In this document: one piece after another, positions 56,961 to 64,000 of the stretch
How positions within the stretch are numbered: the stretch's first letter is position 1
How the letters are laid out: each line of letters opens with the position of its first letter
Source of the DNA: Guillardia theta CCMP2712
Lineage: Eukaryota; Protista; Cryptophyta
DNA: 64,000 nucleotides
Assembly (NCBI RefSeq): GCF_000315625.1
Contig: NW_005434637.1
Location: 184,671 to 248,670 of the forward strand
Direction: 5' to 3'
The notes under the pieces: model-generated
Told to the model about the DNA's origin: nothing
Seen by the model: the letters and a program-made list of their open reading frames with translations, nothing else
The model's database searches: none
Program-made: the position numbers and the translations under genes

Positions 56961-57687
56961 CCGAAAATCTCTAAAGTACTGATACCAAGAATAGAAAACA
57001 ATTCGTTGTGATTTGAAACATGACAAGAACTTTTCAAATTATTTTTCCCACTGCAGGATGAAAATTGACCAAAAATGCTACCGGAAATAGAAATGGTGGG
57101 TGGGAGTACCCCCACCCCTTTTCATCCCCACAAAGTTCCCTATTTAGTTCATAGTACCTACCCCACCATCAAACTATCAAAGGCAAAGAAGGACCACCCC
57201 ATCTTTGAGGTACCCACAGATCTCCTGTCAATCTTAAAGGTACCCTACCTCACAATTCTACCCTGAAATTCAGAAATGCTGGTATGAATGTACCGGTACT
57301 TTGGCAACCTTACCCCCTTATGATACCAGAAAAGAGTACCGGTGGATCATGGAACCCTATTCCGACGAGGGGACCCCTCCTTCCTCCCAGCCTCCAGCCA
57401 TCCTGTTGGTTTCAGGTTCAACGATCCTCGCATGGCCTGCTGAGCTTGCAACGACGATCCTCCTGTAGTTCGCCGCATCCTCTGGTCTCCGTGCAGATCC
57501 CTTCAGGTTTCACTCCTATACAACAAGTTTCTCCCTTCTCTCTTTTCCAGCTACGAAGAATCTCAAAGGATCAGATAACAAAGAAGTTCAAATCTCTGGA
57601 AATCAACACCTCTGAGACAAGCAAAATTCCTTGAAGGCCTCGAATTTTCTTATTTTATTCGCTTCCCTATCAAACGATTAAGTTAAG

Positions 57688-58284
57688 ATGAACCGATTGA
57701 TTGCAACGTTTTTCCTTCTTTGTTGCATCTCTGTAGAAACGATCGCGTCAAACCAAGACGATGCATTGCAAACCAGCGTGACTCACAATAACATGAAAGC
57801 CTTGCATGATCTGGCAAAATCAACGCATTCGAAACAGGCCAGCCTTGCAGTTGCCACTGCATCACTTCAGAAGAAATCATCGGGAAGCCTGCATGATATC
57901 TTGAAACATCCGAGCATTGTGCAAAGATTCAACGAGGTAAAGAAGAAAGCTGCAGCGAAAACGCGTTTGGGGATTAAAGCACAAACTTATGCTTCCGAGA
58001 ATGTCAAGTCAGCTAGTGATGCTACTGAGTGGATGCCATTCGTGCTCCCACCTCTTGGCTTGTGCTTGTTGGGTGGAATTGCGTTTGCAGTGGTTTCCAT
58101 CAGAAAATGGCAGAAGATCCCTTCAATGCCGACACAGGTAACTTTGATGAGATGTAGATGATTGCATGGAATAACGCCTGTTTGTTAGGGACGCATGGAC
58201 ATCAAGGACATCCAAGAATCTGCTCGGCAGATGAACTCGGGGAACAAAACAAAGGAGATGAAGAATGCATGGGATCACCTATAG
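57688..58284 (+). CDS. type I membrane protein (signal peptide plus one TM), two exons
   Basis: MNRLIATFFLLCCISVETIA; TM FVLPPLGLCLLGGIAFAVVSI followed by RKW; intron ~58138-58188; last exon GRMDIKD...WDHL*. Confidence 0.7.
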
Positions 58285-58351
58285 AATTTTTTGAGGGGCA
58301 GATCATACAATAAATTTTTCCAAAGTGCTATGATGTTGCTATGTCCAAAAG

Positions 58352-59755
58352 CTATGATAACGTTGCTGTTTCCAAAAGCATGACAAGGTTGCATGTTGTT
58401 TCGTATTGTCTCGTTGAAGCCTTGTCAGTATTCCCTGTCGACCGGTGGGTCATGGGAAGCTCCCCAACAACCCGCCATGATAGAGAAGGCTCCAAGACCG
58501 GCCGCAACCTATAGAAGCAGGAGTCAGGACCCAACATGTCATCGTGATCGATCTTGTAAGCTCAGCCATGCTACAAGAGTGTCAAGTAGCGCTCACTTTA
58601 CCGGGTAAAATCGGTGCAGAGGGGTGACGCTTGCAGCCACGCCCCCGAGAACGCCACAGATCCATGCAGGAACCTGACTCCAGCAACTCAGGCAGAAGCA
58701 GAGGCAGATCAAGAGGCAGAGGAAGACGGAGACGAAGACGAAGACGAAGAGGAAGAAGAAGGGGAAGAGGCAGGAAGGCCCACAAGGATTGCGATCATGG
58801 ACAAAGACGCTTCAGGTCCTGCGAAAAAACTTGGGCAGAATCAGAATCGGAAGTGGAGGCAGAGGAGGAGGAGGAAGAAGAAGAAGTAACAAGAGCAAGA
58901 GGAATAGGAACAGGAACCGCAGGGCAAGTGGAAGGAGCAGAATGAGAAGAAAGGGAACGTCTCGCACCCTGCTAAGAAAACTCCCCCGATTGAAAATCCC
59001 GAAGAAAGAAGCGCCAGCCCGTCTGAAAGCATCATGAGCAGATGCTTATCGCCTACCCCCGAAGTTCTAACAATCTCCCTTCCAACACATGCCTCTTTCT
59101 CCCCTCCTCTCCCTTGACCCTGTGCCTCCAAGGATACCGAGCTTCAATTCTGTGAGAGGAGCAAGGATGATGAGAATTAGCAACGTTGTCGTCAAGGCTG
59201 CGAGGGCGATCAGAGTCGAGTGGGCCGCTCCTTCACTCTTACCCAACAGCACGGGGTAGTCGTGACGCTGCAGCGAAGTCGCCCCTAGCAGCACCCCACC
59301 TGAGGACCGCAGAAGGGCCGCGCTACTGGTCACGCACGTTCACTTGAAATGAGGATTTGACAACCTGCCTGTCCGAGACTCCAGGCTTGAGATTGAAGGT
59401 TGTTCGGCCCTTCCTCTGTCCCCTCAAACGCTCCGGCCAAGGTGATGAAGACAAAGGTCCATGCCAGGCATGCGACTGCCGGCGTTCGCCCATACCACAC
59501 GAGGACGAAGAAGATGATGAGGATGGGTGCGGCGAGGCCCTACCGTGAGTGAAGAGTCAGAGCATGCAGTTCAGCGTGACCTCGCCAAACCTCGCGGGTG
59601 AACAAGGTCGAGATCTCATCGGGGTACCTTGACCTCTCCTTGCTCTTCGCTTCCTCGTCGCCCTCGCGATCCTCCTCCTCCTCCTCTCTCTCCGGCCGGC
59701 TGCTCAAGACCTGACTCCGTCGAAGAGCTTTCGACATGCTGATGTTTGACTTCAT
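58352..59755 (-). CDS. multi-exon multi-pass membrane hypothetical protein
   Basis: Hydrophobic exons (GLAAPILIIFFVLVWY...; TLIALAALTTTLLILIILAPL) bounded by GT-AG. Confidence 0.5.
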
Positions 59756-61189
59756 CCTTCCCTTCCGTCGTTACCCTTCCCTCCCGCTCCTTCTTCCATG
59801 CGCCATTTCTGCGGCAGCACCACTGTCCTACCCTTTTAATTAGCTCGAGTCAAAGGGCAGCAGGAAGAGGAGCGGCGCCATGGCAAACAGGAGGGGAGGG
59901 GAATGTGCTAGCGAGGGGGAAGTAAAGGAGAGCAAGGAGAGTACAGGGAGAGGAGGGCGATGCTTGGAAGAGAGGAGTTGATCGATCAAAGAGATCTAGC
60001 GGCACTGCGTCCATCCTTCTCATCGCTACCTTGTGAAAGGGTTTTCGCCCGTTGTGCCTGCCATAGCTGTGTCAAGAGCATAAAGAATGAGGAGACTTTT
60101 GAGTTTCCCACCATGATGTTACATGTTCAAATGTGGAGACAATGTAGCGAGGTATTGATGTTTGTTGAGCTGACCCGTTGATAGCTCACTTGAACCATGG
60201 GGAGATACACAAGTGCACGTTCATTCGACGATCGAAGTGCAGAGGTTGGTTTGATGTCTGGACGGCAGTCAATAATGTGATGCTGTGATCATGATGTGCC
60301 TTCAGGTGCAAGCAGCTCCCACTGAGCAAGAGAAGGAAGAGGCGTCAAAGAAAGATGTCTTGGAGGTTTCGGTGCGACTCTTGTATCCTTTCGCGCTACC
60401 GTGTGCTCATTGGAGAGCAGAATGTCATGGGGTCTACAGCAGGAGCTGGCTCCGGTGACTTCCATCAGTACCGACAGGTGATCATAGATTCTTTCTCCTG
60501 TCCCCGTCTGACCAGCCCGTGAAAGTCTCGAAGGAAAGAGATGTTCAGGTTGGCAAGGATGGAAGGAGAGGCGCGGAGACAGGTTCCCGAGCTTGCCATG
60601 TCGGCAGTGAGCTGAATTTTTCCATCTTGAAGAGAGAAAACGAGGAGTTCGAGAGGAAAAAGCGTGAGCGTGCGGAGGAGGTTGAGAAGAAGCATCAGAA
60701 GCGTGTCGAGTATGCAGATCCTCACAAGTCTTAGCTCTCCTGAACGTTTCGCTCTGCAGGAAGAGGAAAAAGAAGAAGATGAAGAAGATGAACAAGGGAG
60801 GTAGACGAACGTAAAGATGCAATGCTTCCTTTGATGGTCTGCAGCCAATGCAGGGGCAACCCAAAACCCGAGCGCAGGCAACCAGGACGCCGACGAGGAT
60901 GATTCAGGAGAAGACGAGGAGGAGGAGAAGGTGTGAACTTCGCTGATTCCCGTCGTTGTTTCCCTGATTGTGTCGCAGAAAACAAGCTTCATCGGCCCAA
61001 GCGTTCCCCATGCTCCTGTTCCTCATGAAGTGTTTGTCAACGGATCAGTGGAGGCTGAGAATGTCAGCCTGTTTGTCTTGTCTGCGGTCGGGTCTGTTGA
61101 GTTGCTTTTGTCTCAGGTCAAGGTTAAGGAAGTGCAAAACGTGCGCATCGTTGATGTTGATGTGAGAGATGCGTTGATTGCTTTCATCT

Positions 61190-62976
61190 TGTGACGGCCC
61201 AACAGGAATTATGAAGATAGCTTCTCACTCTATCCCTCTCATGCTTTGACTTTCGATCGTTTTTGTGGCTGGGAGAGAGTTGCGGCCGACATGTGAAGGA
61301 GGAGAAGCGGCATCTTGCATTAAAGATGAGTGACATCGCGAGCCCTCCTCGCTCTCACCTGCGGGCCCGGCCTCGTCGAGCACGCCCAGGGCAAGTTGAA
61401 CTGTCACAGGCAGCGTCCTTTTGCCTTCTCCTCCTTCTCTCTCAAGAGTTCGCCGCAAGACAGCCTTGGCGATGGATGTCGGTCGCTCAGCCGCTGCCTT
61501 CACGATCACATCCGTCGCTGCTCTGATCCAAATGGTCAAGAGAGCGAGAGAGCAAGGCAAGGAACCTTCGCACGCCGCTGTCACTGTCTTGCAGGCATGT
61601 CAGGAGAGCTGTCGCGAGCGTCTCGTTCCCTCCCCATGCTGCGCACACCTCCAACGTCCGCACTGCCTGCTCTCGAACTTTAGCTTCCTTGTCCTGCCGT
61701 TGGTGAGGGTCGTGAAACGAGAGCGAGCCTGCACCTTGAGCATTCGGATCAAGCGCTCGGTGCAGGAGGGGTCGGGCCCGCCGTATACTGTCTTGATGGC
61801 AGCCAAAGCAGCCAACCTGACGGCAGGGTTGCGCGAGAAGAGATGTTTCTCTATGATCCCTCGTGTGTAGCTGTCGACAACTTCTCCTCTCCTTGCGATG
61901 GTCTGCCCCGACGCGTCACACTCAGTCGGCACATGAGGAGAGGCAGGACATGCAGCTGTTGCGCCTTGAACTCGTCTTCTTCGCTGTGAGCCTCGAGGTT
62001 TCGACTCAGAATCCTAGTGAACGTTACCCTGTCTTCTTGGTCCTCAAAGCCCTCGGGAGCTGAAATCATCTGCGAAGACGAAGTGAAGAGAGGAGGATCG
62101 AGAGGGGGAGGAAGGCACCTCATACATGGCAGCCGATTGCACCTGCAGGAAGAAATCATCTCATACAGAACAACGTCATCACAAAGCTTCACCATCTTAG
62201 AATCGCTCTTCAACGCACTCATGAAAGCAAACTTGCTGCTGTCATGGTTGATGCCGAGCTTGACATGAAACTTAGAGCAGGACAGGTAAACGCGTAATGG
62301 CATGCCTGTCGCACGAGCTTGATCGCCTCGCACTTGTCAAACATTTCAGCCTCAGGGTCTTCAAGGATGCGCAACGTCTCAATAGCCGCAGCATTCGCCT
62401 CCCCCCCGGAACCCTTCTCGTTGCTGTGTGCCAAACAGGGATATCAGTGTTGAGACAGTCAGAGAACAAAGATGGCACTTTCCCGAGTGAGAAGACTTCA
62501 TCTTTCCTGCTCAGATGCTGAATGTTTGGAGACGAGACACCGAAAAGTGTGCGAGAAGGGTTGGTGACACAAGGCCTCGAGTCATCGTGTTTGATTTCAT
62601 AAGGTAGGTTTTGAGTGACCAGGTTGTCCAAAGAAGATCTTGTTTCGGTGTACGAGTCCCTGAGATAAGATGTAGAGAGCAAGTTTGACGACGACCTTGC
62701 TTCTGACATGTCCAATGCTGTTGTTGCTCCTGCATGACCGTGCCTTTCGTCACCATCCGTTGAGTTTGCATGCGTTATGTTTCTGCCTTGTTGAGATGTC
62801 CTTTCTTGCTTTCCTTTGTACCAAGTTGGTTCTCGACTTCTGTAAGAGGATCTCAAACTTCTTTCGTCCATCTCTTCGACGTCAAAGCCATCAAATCCGA
62901 AGAATCCCTCATGGCGCAAGAAGCCCCCTTCCCCTTCCCCGTCCTCGTCCTCATCCCTCATCAAGGCAGAGGACAT
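61190..62976 (-). CDS. HEAT-repeat protein (multi-exon; ends approximate)
   Basis: HLFSRNPAVRLAALAAI and VREQAVRTLEVCAAWGGNETLATALLTCLQDSDSGVRR fit the HEAT consensus. Confidence 0.7.
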
Positions 62977-63344
62977 GATGATAGCAGCAGGCTCGAGCCT
63001 TCAGAGCTTACTCAGATGGCGGACGATCTTCATCACTCTCGTTTCTACTCGCCCTCCCCTCCTCTTCATCCCGCCTTTCCAGCCATGGACGGTAGTCACA
63101 GCAAAGGGCCTCATACCGCACAAACTCATACCGCACAAAAATGATGTGATTCGACAGGCTTTGCCAAGTCATAATGTGACAGCTACGTTAGGCGAGCTAC
63201 GTTAGGCGAGGCCATGACGTCGGAGAACGATTCCTTGGTTTACTAAACATGTTTGCTGTAGCATAGAAGGCGACAACATCGCAAGCATCGTAGGGATGTT
63301 AAAAACTAGAGTTAAAGGAAGGGGTAAGCTAAAGTCGCAGGAGC

Positions 63345-64000
63345 TCAAACTGCCGCTGCTGAGACGCAAGAATTGGGGATTATGCAAATCGTGTAGCCCA
63401 CAGGGATCAACTCAGGTGGGGTCCTGGCGATGTCCCAGTTGTTCATGTAGATATGCTTGTCCGAAGTTCCAAATCTCTGCGCAAGGGAGGCCACGGAATC
63501 ATGCGGTTCGATCTGCACATCAAGTAAGAAGCTGATCAGTGCACGAGACATAGGGATCAGTGAGGAAGTCAGAAGATTGAGGGAGGAGGCGGAAGGGAGA
63601 AGGGCGAGAAAAAAGACGAAGAAGAGCTTGTGAGGAAGGGAGTCAGACAGAACCTGGTAGAGATGGCCAATGTTGATCTCCTTGGCAGGAGGGAGGCCGA
63701 TGTCAGGGTTCAGCAGGTCTGGGTTGAAGTGCCAGACTTGGAGCCAGTTGGTTGCAAATCGCGCAGCGACTTGCACAAGAGAGTCTTCACTCTGCACGTA
63801 CCACTTGCAACGAGCGACGCTGATGAAGATGCACCCGAGGCTAGACTGAGCCGTTCGAAACGGACCGCCCACATCTTGAGCGACGAAGCATACCTCACCT
63901 TGGCAATCGTTAGATAGATAATGACTGGCTGCAAGGAATTACCTGCAAACCCGCCATACATAGAATCAGGAAACCACTGCACCAGACGAGATGTGGACTT
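63345..64000 (-). CDS. LysM-domain protein, C-terminal part (5' end outside window)
   Basis: WYVQSEDSLVQVAARFATNWLQVWHFNP and YQ/IEPHDSVASLAQRFGTSDKHIYMNNWDI...VGYTICI are two LysM motifs. Confidence 0.85.

Noticed and set aside
63110-63210. Two short tandem duplications (15 bp x2 at 63110-63139; 14 bp x2 at 63181-63208)
   Set aside because: Ordinary slippage duplications with no further structure

Overview
Eukaryotic, gene-dense nuclear DNA with short (~45-120 nt) GT-AG introns, two assembly gaps and many intronic microsatellites. The gene style, a signal peptide followed by an 'SA|F' plastid-targeting motif and the intergenic composition suggest a cryptophyte alga (Guillardia/Hanusia-like); this is inference. 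Recognisable genes: an ARM-repeat fragment, a SPATA4/SPEF1-type CH-domain protein, a Siva-like Zn-finger protein, an ankyrin-repeat protein, a plastid-targeted 2OG-Fe(II) oxygenase, a METTL21-type methyltransferase, a COMMD6-like protein, a PALB2-like WD40 protein, a HEAT-repeat protein, a LysM protein and many lineage-specific hypothetical proteins. The most unusual signals are mostly non-coding: (i) a quasi-palindromic ~22-bp box TTTACTCAAAGTTAAGTTAAAA in six intergenic copies, with one fixed end and a variably long other end; two copies carry an identical 48-bp stem-loop extension and one is flanked by a 9-bp direct repeat; (ii) recurring CCGG/GGCC/GTCAC-rich islands next to these boxes, often with TACCC-rich tracts nearby; (iii) a ~2.1-kb element with perfect 26-bp plus long degenerate terminal inverted repeats; (iv) a convergent pair of microproteins sharing a conserved C-terminal ELQKWLN(L/I)W* motif. 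Exon boundaries were read by eye and are approximate.
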